A program made the position numbers and the translations under genes. Below are positions 26,519 to 36,276 of a stretch of DNA of 52,656 nucleotides, piece after piece. The notes beneath the pieces are model-generated. The model had not been told where the DNA came from, made no database searches, and saw only the letters and a program-made list of their open reading frames with translations. Position 1 is the first letter of the stretch. Each line of letters starts with the position of its first letter. This stretch comes from Candidatus Omnitrophota bacterium (lineage in GTDB: Bacteria; Omnitrophota; Gorgyraeia; Gygaellales; Profunditerraquicolaceae): assembly GCA_043797735.1 (NCBI GenBank), contig JAZDPH010000044.1, positions 1-52,656 on the forward strand. The letters are read 5' to 3'.

Positions 26519-27076
26519 TTATTCCCACAGCCCTCTTCTATTTTCGCGCGCCTCTCGGTATAATTTCAAGAATAACTCCGCGTATTTAACATTCGGCGGA
26601 ATGCTCATTAAAGAGGCATATCCCTGCTTTATTATTTCGGCATTTACGAACGTGCCGTCCTCTAAATAAACATAAGCCAGGAGCCTCTTGTATATATCTC
26701 GCCTCTCCAGGTCAAACTCAAGCCTGACCCGCCTGCCCTCAACCAGATTTTTAGCGAATTCATAAGCGCGCCTGCCCATTTTTATAATCATCTCTTTACT
26801 TTGCTGGGAGCGCCTGCTGTCGCGCTCAAGTTTCTCTGATTCATGCATTTCGGGCGTATCTATTCCTATCAGCCTTACCCGCTCTCCATCCTCAAGCTGA
26901 ATGGTATCGCCGTCGATAACCCGGCTAACTAGTATCTCCTGGTAATTATACTGCCGGCCGAAAGGAACAACAAACTCCCCCTTCTCGGAATCATAATCCT
27001 TCGTCAGGCTCTCCCCTGCGTAGAGACAGCCAAATTTTAAAGAAAAAAGAATTAGACATACTATCAGCCTCTTCAT
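26519..27076 (-). CDS. secreted thermonuclease (SNase-like)
   Basis: Signal peptide; VIDGDTIQLEDGERVRLIGIDTPE and LAYVYLEDGTFVNAEIIKQGYA staphylococcal-nuclease motifs. Confidence 0.8.
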   Translation of the reverse strand: MKRLIVCLILFSLKFGCLYAGESLTKDYDSEKGEFVVPFGRQYNYQEILVSRVIDGDTIQLEDGERVRLIGIDTPEMHESEKLERDSRRSQQSKEMIIKMGRRAYEFAKNLVEGRRVRLEFDLERRDIYKRLLAYVYLEDGTFVNAEIIKQGYASLMSIPPNVKYAELFLKLYREARENRRGLWE

Positions 27077-27181
27077 CTCTTATATCATAACCTCCTTAGC
27101 CTCCTGCCCCGAATGACATCTTTAATATTGTAATCTTTTTTATTGGATAAATCAATATTTTTCCATTATAATTGAATCATT

Positions 27182-29059
27182 ATGATTTATGACCGTTTCC
27201 AGGAAGAGGCCATCGGCTATATAAACCAGGGCTTCTCGGTGATAGTATCCGCCCCCACCGGGGCGGGAAAGACCGTTATTGCCGAACATATTATCAGCGG
27301 CTCCTTAGAGAAAAAAATCGGCGTAATCTATACCGCGCCCATTAAAGCCCTCTCCAACCAGAAGTTCCGTGATTTCCAGGGCAAATTCCAGGATAATATA
27401 GGCATACTCACCGGCGACGTCTCCATCAACCCCTTTGCCCCGGTCTTGATTATGACTACGGAAATCTTCCGCAATAAAGTGCTGGATGAGCCCGACAGCC
27501 TCGCCCGCTACTCCTGGATTATCTTTGATGAAATCCATTACCTTGATAACCCCGAACGCGGGACAGTCTGGGAGGAATCACTTATATTCCTGCCCACCCA
27601 CATGAATCTGCTGGGGCTCTCCGCCACCATACCTAATATAAAAGAGCTCTCCTCCTGGATTGAGTCGATACATAAGAAGCCGGTTAAAACGGTAGTTGAG
27701 GAAAAAAGGCCGGTGCCGCTGCACTTCTTTTTTCAGTGCGGCAACGAAGTGGTAGATAAAATTGAACAGTTAAAGGGCTTGCGCCGCGGCAAACCGAACA
27801 GATTATCCACCCTGATAAACTACCTGCGCCAAAAGGATGCCCTGCCTGCGATATACTTTGTCTTCGGCAGAAAAAGGGCAGAAATGCTGGCCTCTGAATT
27901 ATACCACTTTAATTTTTTAAATAGTAAAGAACGGCAGGAGGTCCTCTCCCTTTATGATTCGCTGTTAGGGCGTTTTGATTTAAAAAATGAAGCCTCGGCC
28001 TTAGAGCTGCGGCCGCTGGTGGAAAGAGGAACCGCTTACCATCACGCCGGGATGCTGCCGACCCTCAAGGAAGCGGTGGAGCGGCTCTTTACCAGCCGCC
28101 TGATTAAGGTAATTTTTACCACCGAAACCTTTGCCTTAGGCATTAATATGCCCAGCCGCTCGGTTATCTTTGACGACTTAAGAAAATTCTACGGCCGTTA
28201 CGTCAGGATTTTAAAGACCCGGGATTTCTTTCAGATGGCCGGCCGCGCCGGCAGGCGCGGGATGGACAAGGAAGGTTTTGTCTACTCAAGGATAAACCCG
28301 CACCGCATCCGCCCCGAAGAGGCCAGGCGCGTAATTTACGGCAGGCCCGAAGAGGTAAGAAGCCAGCTCAACGCCTCATATGCCACAATACTGAACCTCT
28401 ACGAAAAGCACAAAGAGGAGCTTTTTAAAATTTACCCCCTCTCGCTGCACTCCTTCCAGTCGCGCAAAAACGAGCAAAAAGAGGCGCTAAGGTTAATTGA
28501 GGCAAAATTGAAACTGCTGAAGGAGGGCGGCTATATTTATAACGGCCAACTGACTAAAAAGGGCCAATTTGCCAAGAATGTTTACGGCCACGAGTTACTC
28601 CTGGCCGAACTCTACGCAGAGGGGGCACTAGAAGAGCTGGATGAATTCGGTTTAGGGATTATCTCGGCTGCGGCGGTCTTTGAGCCGAGAAAAAACCAGC
28701 GCCCCCCTCTTCTTTCCAAAAATAGCCGCCGGATAAAGGCGGCCTGTGAGGTAATATATGAACGGATAAAACATAAGGAACGCAGGTATAGAATATACCC
28801 CTTCAGCAAAGCCCCTTATTTCCACCTCAGTACCTCTATTGAGGCATGGCTGCGCGGGTCGGCTTTCGATAAAGTCCTGCGCCTTAGCGATACCGACGAA
28901 GGGGAGATAATCCGTTATTTCAGGATGAGCGTACAGATTTTAAGGGAGATTAACGAAGCAACGGCGGCTTCGCATCTCTTAAAGGACAAGGTCAAGGGGG
29001 CCATCCGTATAATCAACCGCGATGTGGTAGATGCGGAGAGGCAATTGCGCGAGGCTTAA
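27182..29059 (+). CDS. DExH-box superfamily II helicase (Ski2-like)
   Basis: Walker A SAPTGAGKT, motif II FDEIHY, SAT motif III (LSATIPN), C-terminal helicase domain with QMAGRAGRRG motif VI. It is the only plus-strand gene in the window. Confidence 0.8.
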   Translation: MIYDRFQEEAIGYINQGFSVIVSAPTGAGKTVIAEHIISGSLEKKIGVIYTAPIKALSNQKFRDFQGKFQDNIGILTGDVSINPFAPVLIMTTEIFRNKVLDEPDSLARYSWIIFDEIHYLDNPERGTVWEESLIFLPTHMNLLGLSATIPNIKELSSWIESIHKKPVKTVVEEKRPVPLHFFFQCGNEVVDKIEQLKGLRRGKPNRLSTLINYLRQKDALPAIYFVFGRKRAEMLASELYHFNFLNSKERQEVLSLYDSLLGRFDLKNEASALELRPLVERGTAYHHAGMLPTLKEAVERLFTSRLIKVIFTTETFALGINMPSRSVIFDDLRKFYGRYVRILKTRDFFQMAGRAGRRGMDKEGFVYSRINPHRIRPEEARRVIYGRPEEVRSQLNASYATILNLYEKHKEELFKIYPLSLHSFQSRKNEQKEALRLIEAKLKLLKEGGYIYNGQLTKKGQFAKNVYGHELLLAELYAEGALEELDEFGLGIISAAAVFEPRKNQRPPLLSKNSRRIKAACEVIYERIKHKERRYRIYPFSKAPYFHLSTSIEAWLRGSAFDKVLRLSDTDEGEIIRYFRMSVQILREINEATAASHLLKDKVKGAIRIINRDVVDAERQLREA

Positions 29060-30066
29060 GCAGTACCCTTTATTTTATAGCAGATATAATCCTGAATAAT
29101 CTTTTTATGGTCAAAGGCAAAATCCATCCCGCCTATTTCGCTTAATTTTACTATTCTTAAACCCGCGGCATCATCTCCTGCTTTAGGCTTGCCTTTGGCT
29201 TGAGCGATAAAAACCGTGCCGATGGTGTGGAAGCGCGGGTCGCGCTCAGGCTGCGAATAAGTATGGAACTGTTTTATTTCAGTCAGCTCCATATTCGTCT
29301 CTTCCTTTGCCTCGCGCCTTACCGCGTCTTCAAGGCTCTCGGCGTAATCCACAAAACCGCCCGGCAGGGCCCAACCAAAAGGCGGGTTGCTTCTTTTGAT
29401 TATAATGATGCTGTCATCATCAACTTCTATGATCGCATCAACAGTGGTAAAGGGGCCGGCCTGGAGTTTCTGGGTAACGTATTCAAGATAGCCGATCACC
29501 CCTTTATTAAAAATATCAAAGGCCTCTTTGTCATAGAGGCAGAAGATAATTTCTTTTAAGGAACTTTTATTTTCGCGCAGGTGTTTTAGGGCCTCCTGCG
29601 CCATAATCTTGGCGGATGCCAGAAGCGGGAATCCCCCCACCCCGCAGCCTAATGCCGGGAAGGCGATGGATTTTATCTTTAATTTCTCGGCGGCAAGCAG
29701 AGAATTTTTGCAGGAATTGCGGATTTTTACCTCATCGGTTTTTCCCGCCCAAGCCTCCTTAGATGCAGGCGGGATCCCGCCCCCCATTTTATTCACGTGG
29801 CGGGAGAAATCCATCCCCATCGTAGCGGCGTGTATCACGTATTTGACCGGCAGGCTCCCGGCGCCGGTGGCAACTGCTTCGCCGATCTCTATCGGCCCCT
29901 TCTTTAATGCCTCCTCTTCTATTACCCGGCCGCCCTTTTTCTTTATCGCCCCCGCCACCCCGCCGCCCATCTCCAGCTTATTATTGGCGGCATTGACAAT
30001 AGCATCAACCTCCAATTCCGTAATATCCCCCTTTATCACCTTAATTTCCGTATCCTTAATCTTCAT
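29056..30066 (-). CDS. Macro domain (ADP-ribose binding/processing) fused to Nudix hydrolase
   Basis: The N-terminus reads IKVIKGDITELEVDAIVNAANNKLEMGGGVAGAI and the Macro signature SIAFPALGCGVGGFP follows later. A C-terminal Nudix box GGFVDYAESLEDAVRREAKEETN is present. Confidence 0.75.
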   Translation of the reverse strand: MKIKDTEIKVIKGDITELEVDAIVNAANNKLEMGGGVAGAIKKKGGRVIEEEALKKGPIEIGEAVATGAGSLPVKYVIHAATMGMDFSRHVNKMGGGIPPASKEAWAGKTDEVKIRNSCKNSLLAAEKLKIKSIAFPALGCGVGGFPLLASAKIMAQEALKHLRENKSSLKEIIFCLYDKEAFDIFNKGVIGYLEYVTQKLQAGPFTTVDAIIEVDDDSIIIIKRSNPPFGWALPGGFVDYAESLEDAVRREAKEETNMELTEIKQFHTYSQPERDPRFHTIGTVFIAQAKGKPKAGDDAAGLRIVKLSEIGGMDFAFDHKKIIQDYICYKIKGTA

Positions 30067-30098
30067 ACCTCTCCTTATATCAAAACCAGTTATAACAC

Positions 30099-30515
30099 CT
30101 ACTCCCCGATTATCTTAACCAAGACGCGCTTGCGGCGCTGGCCGTCAAATTCTCCGTAGAAGATCTGCTCCCACGGCCCGAAATCAAGCTTGCCGCCGGT
30201 AACCGCAGCCACAACCTCCCTGCCCATAATCGTGCGCTTCAGGTGCGCGTCGGCATTATCCTCTCCGGTCAGGTTATGCTGGTATTTTTCTTTGCCGAAG
30301 GGCGCCAAGCTCTCCAGCCATTTTCCGAAATCCCGATGCAGCCCCTCTTCGTCGTCGTTGATAAATACGCTCGCGGTAATATGCATGGCATTAACCAGGC
30401 ACAGGCCTTCTTTTATGCCGCTCTTTCGCACTGCCTCCTCCACCTGCGGGGTGATATTAATAAACTCCTGCCGGTTCTCCGTGTTAAACCAGAGATAGTG
30501 GGTATAAGACTTCAT
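30099..30515 (-). CDS. yjbQ: YjbQ/UPF0047 family protein (secondary thiamine-phosphate synthase-like)
   Basis: 138 aa; the pattern [61 protein letters not shown] is characteristic of the YjbQ family. Confidence 0.7.
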   Translation of the reverse strand: MKSYTHYLWFNTENRQEFINITPQVEEAVRKSGIKEGLCLVNAMHITASVFINDDEEGLHRDFGKWLESLAPFGKEKYQHNLTGEDNADAHLKRTIMGREVVAAVTGGKLDFGPWEQIFYGEFDGQRRKRVLVKIIGE

Positions 30516-30518
30516 TGT

Positions 30519-30797
30519 TTAGATATTCTTTAGGAAACGTTTTATATCGTTGTGGCCGCCGGCAAGAATAAATTCCGCTAAATCGCCTTGCCATCGAAAC
30601 AGAACTCTTACTTTAAGGCCTTTTCTTATCTCCCAAAAGTCACCTTTAAGACGCTTTAAGCCGATTCCCTTATGGGTTATCCTATCTTGAGATAATATGT
30701 CTATCGCCTGAAGAGCAGCTTTTTTTATCTCTTCTTTTTCTCTGCCGCGGAAACTCTTAACCGAACGATCAAAGGAAGGCTTAAATTCAAATCTCAT
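30519..30797 (-). CDS. type II toxin, RelE/ParE superfamily
   Basis: The 92-aa product has the C-terminal region KGDFWEIRKGLKVRVLFRWQGDLAEFILAGGHNDIK. The gene overlaps the upstream antitoxin by 4 nt. Confidence 0.65.
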   Translation of the reverse strand: MRFEFKPSFDRSVKSFRGREKEEIKKAALQAIDILSQDRITHKGIGLKRLKGDFWEIRKGLKVRVLFRWQGDLAEFILAGGHNDIKRFLKNI

Positions 30798-31066
30798 AAT
30801 GCCTTAATATGCCTTTTGGCGCTTTTGGCGCTTTTGCAGGCCTTGCCTTTGGCAGAAGCCAACTTCTCAATTTTCGCCCATTCACTTGCGGTATAAGGCG
30901 ACTCTGCGGTTACTTTACAAGGAAGCAAAACTACTCCTTCTTTCGTTAAGCCAAAGGCTAAGGAGGCGCCGGTATCTACATGCAGAAGCTTCCTTATGCG
31001 ATTGGGGATAGTAATCTGGCCTTTTGAGGTTATCTTGGCTGTTTCAATTACGGTCATTTTAATCAC
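30794..31066 (-). CDS. antitoxin, AbrB/MazE/SpoVT-type DNA-binding domain
   Basis: 90 aa. KITSKGQITIPNRIRKLLHVDTGASL is a swapped-hairpin motif. The gene lies upstream of, and overlaps, the RelE-like gene. Confidence 0.6.
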   Translation of the reverse strand: MIKMTVIETAKITSKGQITIPNRIRKLLHVDTGASLAFGLTKEGVVLLPCKVTAESPYTASEWAKIEKLASAKGKACKSAKSAKRHIKAL

Positions 31067-31113
31067 TCCTTCCTTATTTACTTACATCCTTACTTCCTTA
31101 CTTCCAGTAAAAG

Positions 31114-31150
31114 TATACACTACTGGTAATGTTTTGTCAAGTTGATTGAT
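31114..31150 (-). promoter_or_regulatory. promoter with overlapping palindromic operator upstream of the antitoxin-toxin operon
   Basis: The minus sense reads TTGACA-aaacattaccagtagtg-TATACT. The palindrome ccagtaaaagtatacactactgg (plus-strand 31114-31136) spans the spacer and -10 region. An SD-like AAGGAAGGAG lies before the antitoxin ATG. Confidence 0.5.
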
Positions 31151-31179
31151 GAACTTAGCAAGCGGTATCTTTGAAAGGA

Positions 31180-32229
31180 TTAGAGGTCTATTTCCATCCG
31201 GAACTCGGTATAGAATCCGCTGTCCGGCCTTACTTTTCCGAGGCTGTCGCGGTACTGCAGTTTGTTAAAAAACGCCCCGCCCGCGGCAAGGGAAGCCATT
31301 ATATTCTTATTGAAATTATACCTTAAGCCGGCGCCGGCATGCTGCTCTTCATACTGCAAAACCGTGCCCTTAATATCATCCTTGGTTACCACAAAGTCCG
31401 CCCTCGTGCCGCTGTATTCGGCGAATGCGGTAAGTTTGCTATTGAATTTATATTCAACGGTGGGGCGGCTGGGGATTAAATTGAAAAGCCATTTATCATT
31501 GGGCTTATAAATAATTCCGGCGATAGGCAGAAATGCCGTCCTGTAGCGCGGGAAAAATGCAAAGCCCAGAATGGCGGTAAACTTTTTATCCGGCTGGTAT
31601 ATTGCAAAATAACGCTGCGGGATGCGGAAACTGTTCTCGTAGAAACTCCAGTTATCGGTATTAAAACCAGGGGATACCCCGATGCGAAAATATGTATTCT
31701 TTAGATTAAGAAAAGGAACGGTAGCGTCCAGCCCGAAAGAAAACGAAGTTAAATGCGCCGGCAGTTTCACCACCGTGCTGTTATTTACGCTGATATACTC
31801 ATGCTGAAAAGAAAACTCCAAAGGCAGCCTGCCGAACAGTTTGTATTCGTAACTGTATTCGGACATAGTATCAATAAGTTCCACTTTCCCCGATTGCGCA
31901 CTAACCTTGCGCGAAGGCAGATACCTTGCGTAACTCTCATAGGTAAAAGGAGTCAAGTCCTCCTCCTCTATGCTTTCCTTCTCGCTTATCGCCAGTTTAA
32001 GTTTCTTACGGAATTCCGGCACTTCCTCCTCCGGAACCTGCGGCGGCAGGCTTTGCGGCTGTGCCGCCTCCTGCGAAGCCAAAGCCTCATCCATTGCCCC
32101 TGCCTTAGCCTCCTCCTGCGCCGTTAAATCCGCCTGAAAAAATAATATTACCGCTATCAGCGCAAATACGGTTAAGCTAACCTGCCCAGCATTTTTATTA
32201 AGCATATTTTTCCCCCTGTTTAAATTCAT
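31180..32229 (-). CDS. hypothetical exported protein (possible outer-membrane beta-barrel)
   Basis: N-terminal hydrophobic signal-like segment. The C-terminal two thirds are rich in alternating aromatic/hydrophobic residues. No family recognised. Confidence 0.4.
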   Translation of the reverse strand: MNLNRGKNMLNKNAGQVSLTVFALIAVILFFQADLTAQEEAKAGAMDEALASQEAAQPQSLPPQVPEEEVPEFRKKLKLAISEKESIEEEDLTPFTYESYARYLPSRKVSAQSGKVELIDTMSEYSYEYKLFGRLPLEFSFQHEYISVNNSTVVKLPAHLTSFSFGLDATVPFLNLKNTYFRIGVSPGFNTDNWSFYENSFRIPQRYFAIYQPDKKFTAILGFAFFPRYRTAFLPIAGIIYKPNDKWLFNLIPSRPTVEYKFNSKLTAFAEYSGTRADFVVTKDDIKGTVLQYEEQHAGAGLRYNFNKNIMASLAAGGAFFNKLQYRDSLGKVRPDSGFYTEFRMEIDL

Positions 32230-32286
32230 CCTAACGCCAGAGGGTTATTTTGTCAATAAAAAGAAACCCGCAGGCGCCTAAACAAA

Positions 32287-34659
32287 TTACTCTTTTTTCT
32301 TAAAGAAGGTGTCTTTTATGCTTTTAATAATATCTACGACGGAAACCTTAAATTTATATTCCGGTTTGCTGAGGGTACCGCGGATCTCTATTGTCCCAAA
32401 CTTGCCCCCCTGCCCGACTATTGCCGTAGCAATATCCCGGAAGGTGCCGGTAAGAGGAATCTCTTCGCTAAGTATTTTGACATTAAGCCGGGCATCAAGC
32501 GAACTGTCAAAACCTAACTTCAGCGAACCGTCAATCTCGGAAATACTGCTGGCCAGCCTGAGGTTATCGGTAAAGATGTTTTTGTCCCGGATAACAAAGT
32601 TACAACGGCCATCCTCAAAAACAATATTGGCAAAGTCCTTTACAAAAATCAGCGTCCCCATCCCCTTAAAAAGATTCAACTGCCACAGCTTTCCTCCGGT
32701 GATAAAGATTTCTCCGGAGCCGCCTAACTTTGAGATATCCTTTAATTCTCCGCTTAATACGGCTTGGCCGCTTAAAGTCCCGGCGATCACCTCTTCCTTT
32801 AACGGAGTATCAAGCTTCAACTGCTCAATCTTTAAGTTCTCCAAGGACGCCTTTAGCCGGTAAGGAAGGTTAGCCGGGTATAATTGCATCTGGGCACCCG
32901 CCTTAAGCATCCCTGAGTATAGGGACAGGCGCATCGCCGGGATACTGGCCAGGCCGTCTGCCTGGTTATAATCCAGAAAGAACTCCTGTGATTTAAGGCC
33001 GTAAAAAGATACAGAGTTGCTTTTTAATTGGGCGCTAATTTCACAGGATTTAAAATCCTTTATCCTGCCCTCTAAATCCAAATTTAGATCCACTATTCCG
33101 GCGGGCTTGATTTTTTCAATCTCGCTTTTAAGGTTCTTTAATAATTTTCCGCTGTCGCTTAAATCTATCTGCAGCTGGGCCGCAAGGTCAAGGTAGGGAT
33201 CGGCGGGCTTTGCGATATCTATCTTTCCGTTAATAGAAAACCGGGAATTAAGATACTTGCCGGAGAAATTTGAGAGTTGAACTGCCTTATCACTAAGGTT
33301 AAACGCTGATTCAAGGGAAAGCTCTTCAGAGGATAATAAAAATTTTACCTGCGGGGCCTTAAAATCATTAAGCGCCCCCGAACTGCTATAAGAGATACCC
33401 TGATATTCAAACTCTAAAACCGGCCATTGCAGCTGGTTTTCGCTAAATACGATCCTGCCGTTTAAGTTTTCAATGGGGTTTTCTAATATTTCCGGCTTAA
33501 CCGTTGCCTGCGAAATATCAAGGTAACCGCTGAGAAGAAAATCCTCTGCTGAGCCCAAGGCCCCCTGCAGGCTTAAATACAACATGGCATTCCCCTTGAT
33601 CTCCGCCGGGACGGAGAAGGCGAACTTATCCTTTAATATCCCCTGCAGGGAATCCAGCTCTAAATCAGAGGCAATCTCCGCGCTGACTAAAGGTTTGTTG
33701 AAATCGCTAAGGCTGAAATTTGCCCTTACCAGGGTCCCTAAAATGACGGCGTTTAAGTTTTGCGAAGAGATGCCCGACTCATCAAATGCCACTTCGGCGT
33801 TTATCTGGCTTATCTGGTCAACGAATTTTATCCCCCGAAGAGCGCCGTTGATAAGGGCGGCCTTGCCGGAATAGCTAAGGCGCTTCTCTTTCGCATCATA
33901 TTTTAGCTCCGCCTGGCCATCTATGCGCCCGTCAGAAACTTCAATCCCCCAACCGCTGTAATAGGCCGAAAACTCCCCTGGGCTAAAATCCTGCAGGTAC
34001 ACCTTTGCGTCCAGCTTCTTGTCCAGTATGGAATAGGCCCCGGAGGCCTTGAATTTTATCTTCGGCTCAGCCGGGACTTCGCCGGTCAGGTTGAACCTTA
34101 CCTTATCCGGCAGGGAAAAATAAAGGTTCAAATTAAGCTCCTCTATCTCTTTACCCAACGGCGGCTCTAATGCATTATCCAGGAAACGAACCCTTCCCCT
34201 CTTGACAGTCACCTTGCGCACGAATAGGTTAAATCTGGGCTTTTTTGCTGCGGCGGTATCCGCGCCAAACAACTCCTGAAGGTTAAAAGTTTTGTCCTTT
34301 CTTCTTTCTACGAACAGAAACGCCGATTCAATATTTAAGGCGGGGATAAGGAGGGTCTTCTTAAAAATAGGAAGAATAAGGAAACCGCAGGAGGCCCGCT
34401 CTATTTTTGCGATTACCCCTTCTTTGCCGCTAATAACCAGGTTCTTTATTACCAGGCCCTTAAAGATGCTGAAATTTAGCGCCTCCAGGGTTACCTGCTG
34501 ATTTGTCTTTTCCGCAAGGGTATCAACGATTAATGACCTTATTTTAGTAGGCAGAAAAACCCCGTTTAAATAAAACAGCCCGCCGGCCAGTATAAAAATC
34601 AAAATTAATAAAATAACAAAGACCTTCTTCATAGTATCAAGCAAAGCGCCTCTAGTCAT
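32287..34659 (-). CDS. AsmA family protein (outer-membrane assembly / lipid transport, AsmA/TamB-like)
   Basis: The N-terminal TM anchor is followed by LNGVFLPTKIRSLIVDTLAEKTNQQVTLEALNFSIFKGLVIKNLVI, typical of AsmA N-terminal domains. The 790-aa protein is predicted to be beta-rich. Confidence 0.7.
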   Translation of the reverse strand: MTRGALLDTMKKVFVILLILIFILAGGLFYLNGVFLPTKIRSLIVDTLAEKTNQQVTLEALNFSIFKGLVIKNLVISGKEGVIAKIERASCGFLILPIFKKTLLIPALNIESAFLFVERRKDKTFNLQELFGADTAAAKKPRFNLFVRKVTVKRGRVRFLDNALEPPLGKEIEELNLNLYFSLPDKVRFNLTGEVPAEPKIKFKASGAYSILDKKLDAKVYLQDFSPGEFSAYYSGWGIEVSDGRIDGQAELKYDAKEKRLSYSGKAALINGALRGIKFVDQISQINAEVAFDESGISSQNLNAVILGTLVRANFSLSDFNKPLVSAEIASDLELDSLQGILKDKFAFSVPAEIKGNAMLYLSLQGALGSAEDFLLSGYLDISQATVKPEILENPIENLNGRIVFSENQLQWPVLEFEYQGISYSSSGALNDFKAPQVKFLLSSEELSLESAFNLSDKAVQLSNFSGKYLNSRFSINGKIDIAKPADPYLDLAAQLQIDLSDSGKLLKNLKSEIEKIKPAGIVDLNLDLEGRIKDFKSCEISAQLKSNSVSFYGLKSQEFFLDYNQADGLASIPAMRLSLYSGMLKAGAQMQLYPANLPYRLKASLENLKIEQLKLDTPLKEEVIAGTLSGQAVLSGELKDISKLGGSGEIFITGGKLWQLNLFKGMGTLIFVKDFANIVFEDGRCNFVIRDKNIFTDNLRLASSISEIDGSLKLGFDSSLDARLNVKILSEEIPLTGTFRDIATAIVGQGGKFGTIEIRGTLSKPEYKFKVSVVDIIKSIKDTFFKKKE

Positions 34660-34727
34660 TGCGAAGCGCGCAAAGAGCGCTGAAGCAATCTATTCTATGG
34701 AGATTGCTTCGCTTCGCTCGCAATGAC
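34655..34727. repeat. REP/MITE-like structured repeat, copy A (73 nt)
   Basis: gtcattgcgaagcgcgcaaagagcgctgaagcaatctattctatggagattgcttcgcttcgctcgcaatgac. The outer stem is gtcattgcga/tcgcaatgac and the inner stem is gaagcaatc/gattgcttc. It lies between the cca stop and the asmA start. Confidence 0.75.
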
Positions 34728-34749
34728 GATGAATTATACACGCGTTCAT

Positions 34750-36276
34750 TTAATTCTTTCTTATAATCTTCCGCGCTGCCTTAAAGGCTTCAGCCTTCGT
34801 CTTAATCCTGCCGATTGCCTGCAGTTCTTCTATCTCGGAAAGGATCTTGCCGATTAACGGCGAAGGCTTTAATTTAAACCTTTTCATCAGCAGGTCGCCG
34901 TTTAACAGGCGGGGCTTCTTTACTTCTTTATCCTTACTGAAATACTCGTTAATTAATCCAAAACAGGTTTTTTCATGGCGGATACGCGAGGCCCTGGTGG
35001 AAAGCGAACCCTTGGTTGCGCGCTGGTCAGCTACTGACAACAACAGTATCCCCGCCGCCTCCCTGCCGGTATCACGGAAATACCTGAACTTTGCCCGGGC
35101 AGTTAATGTTTTGTTATCCGCTAAATATCCGGGCCGTAAATGCCAAAGCACAATCTTACGCAGAGAGTTAATTTCATCATTGGAAAGCTTAAGCCACCTG
35201 CCGAGCTCTTCGGCCATCCCCAGCCCGATCCGTTCATGGCCGTGGAATATAAGCTTATCATCCTCCCGGCGCAGGGCCTTGGGCTTACCTATATCATGCA
35301 GTATCGCCCCCAGCCTCAAGAGCGCGCTCCGCTTTCTGTCGCCTGAAATAACTTCGTTGAGATAACCAAGGACCTCCTTATTCTTTGTCTGTCTTATCAA
35401 AAGGTCAACTTGGCTGACCGTCTCCAACGTATGCTCCAATACATCCAGATGGTGATACGGGCCCTGCCCGATACCGCGCATCCGCTTTAACTGCGGGAAG
35501 ATTATCTCAAGAATCTTTAATTTATTCAGCTCGCCCAGATAAACTGACGCATCGGGGCTGTCAAAGATCTTAAATAATTCATCGCGGATGCGCTCCGGGG
35601 AAACCATAGACAGCCTCTTCTTCCCAATCTTAGCCAGCCTTAAAGTCTTCTCGTCAATGCTAAAGCCAAGCAAAGCAGAAAAACTAAAGACCCGCAGGAT
35701 TCTAAGCGGGTCCTCAATAAAGGCCGTTTTGTTTGCCGTTTTTATAATCTTAGATTTCAGGTCCTGCCTGCCGCGGTAAGGGTCAATTAGCAAGGGGCTT
35801 AAATCTTTATTAGTTAATGCGTCCTCCAGCTTAAGGGCGATGGAATTCAGGGTAAAATCGCGGTGCAGAAGGTCCTCTGTAATATCCCTGCCGCGGAAAT
35901 CCGTAAAATCAAAAGTATAAACCCTGTCCTTTAACTTCTTTACCAGGCGAGCTGCACCGTGCTCTTTATCCAGCACGACAAAACCGCACCTTAGTTTTTT
36001 CGCCAGCATCCCGGCGAAACTTATAGCGCCCTTTTTAAGGCAGAAGTCAAAATCAGGGTTTGTTTTCTTGCGCCCTAAAATCAAATCGCGCAAAGCTCCG
36101 CCCACCAGATACAACTGCAGTTTTCTCTTCTTGGCAAAAAGCTCAACGGTTTTAAGGATTTTTTGATCCTGAGAGGAAAATCGCATACTTTCAGCGTAGT
36201 TTAAGCGTAGAATTCCGCGTAGTTCAGCGGTTTTCTTTATTGAACATCTCCGACTCTTTGATGATTTCGTCTTCAA
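34750..36276 (-). CDS. cca: CCA-adding tRNA nucleotidyltransferase / poly(A) polymerase family with HD domain
   Basis: Pol-beta head motif LYLVGGALRDLILGRKKTNPDFDF; HD-domain motifs include ILHDIGKP. The true start may lie downstream of the annotated M, as the ORF overlaps the next one by ~50 nt. Confidence 0.8.
   Translation of the reverse strand: MKTKSSKSRRCSIKKTAELRGILRLNYAESMRFSSQDQKILKTVELFAKKRKLQLYLVGGALRDLILGRKKTNPDFDFCLKKGAISFAGMLAKKLRCGFVVLDKEHGAARLVKKLKDRVYTFDFTDFRGRDITEDLLHRDFTLNSIALKLEDALTNKDLSPLLIDPYRGRQDLKSKIIKTANKTAFIEDPLRILRVFSFSALLGFSIDEKTLRLAKIGKKRLSMVSPERIRDELFKIFDSPDASVYLGELNKLKILEIIFPQLKRMRGIGQGPYHHLDVLEHTLETVSQVDLLIRQTKNKEVLGYLNEVISGDRKRSALLRLGAILHDIGKPKALRREDDKLIFHGHERIGLGMAEELGRWLKLSNDEINSLRKIVLWHLRPGYLADNKTLTARAKFRYFRDTGREAAGILLLSVADQRATKGSLSTRASRIRHEKTCFGLINEYFSKDKEVKKPRLLNGDLLMKRFKLKPSPLIGKILSEIEELQAIGRIKTKAEAFKAARKIIRKN

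Noticed and set aside
36224-36276. 53-nt overlap between cca and the BFN-domain gene as a possible programmed frameshift
   Set aside because: It is more simply explained by cca starting at an internal Met a few codons downstream. There is no slippery heptamer at the junction.
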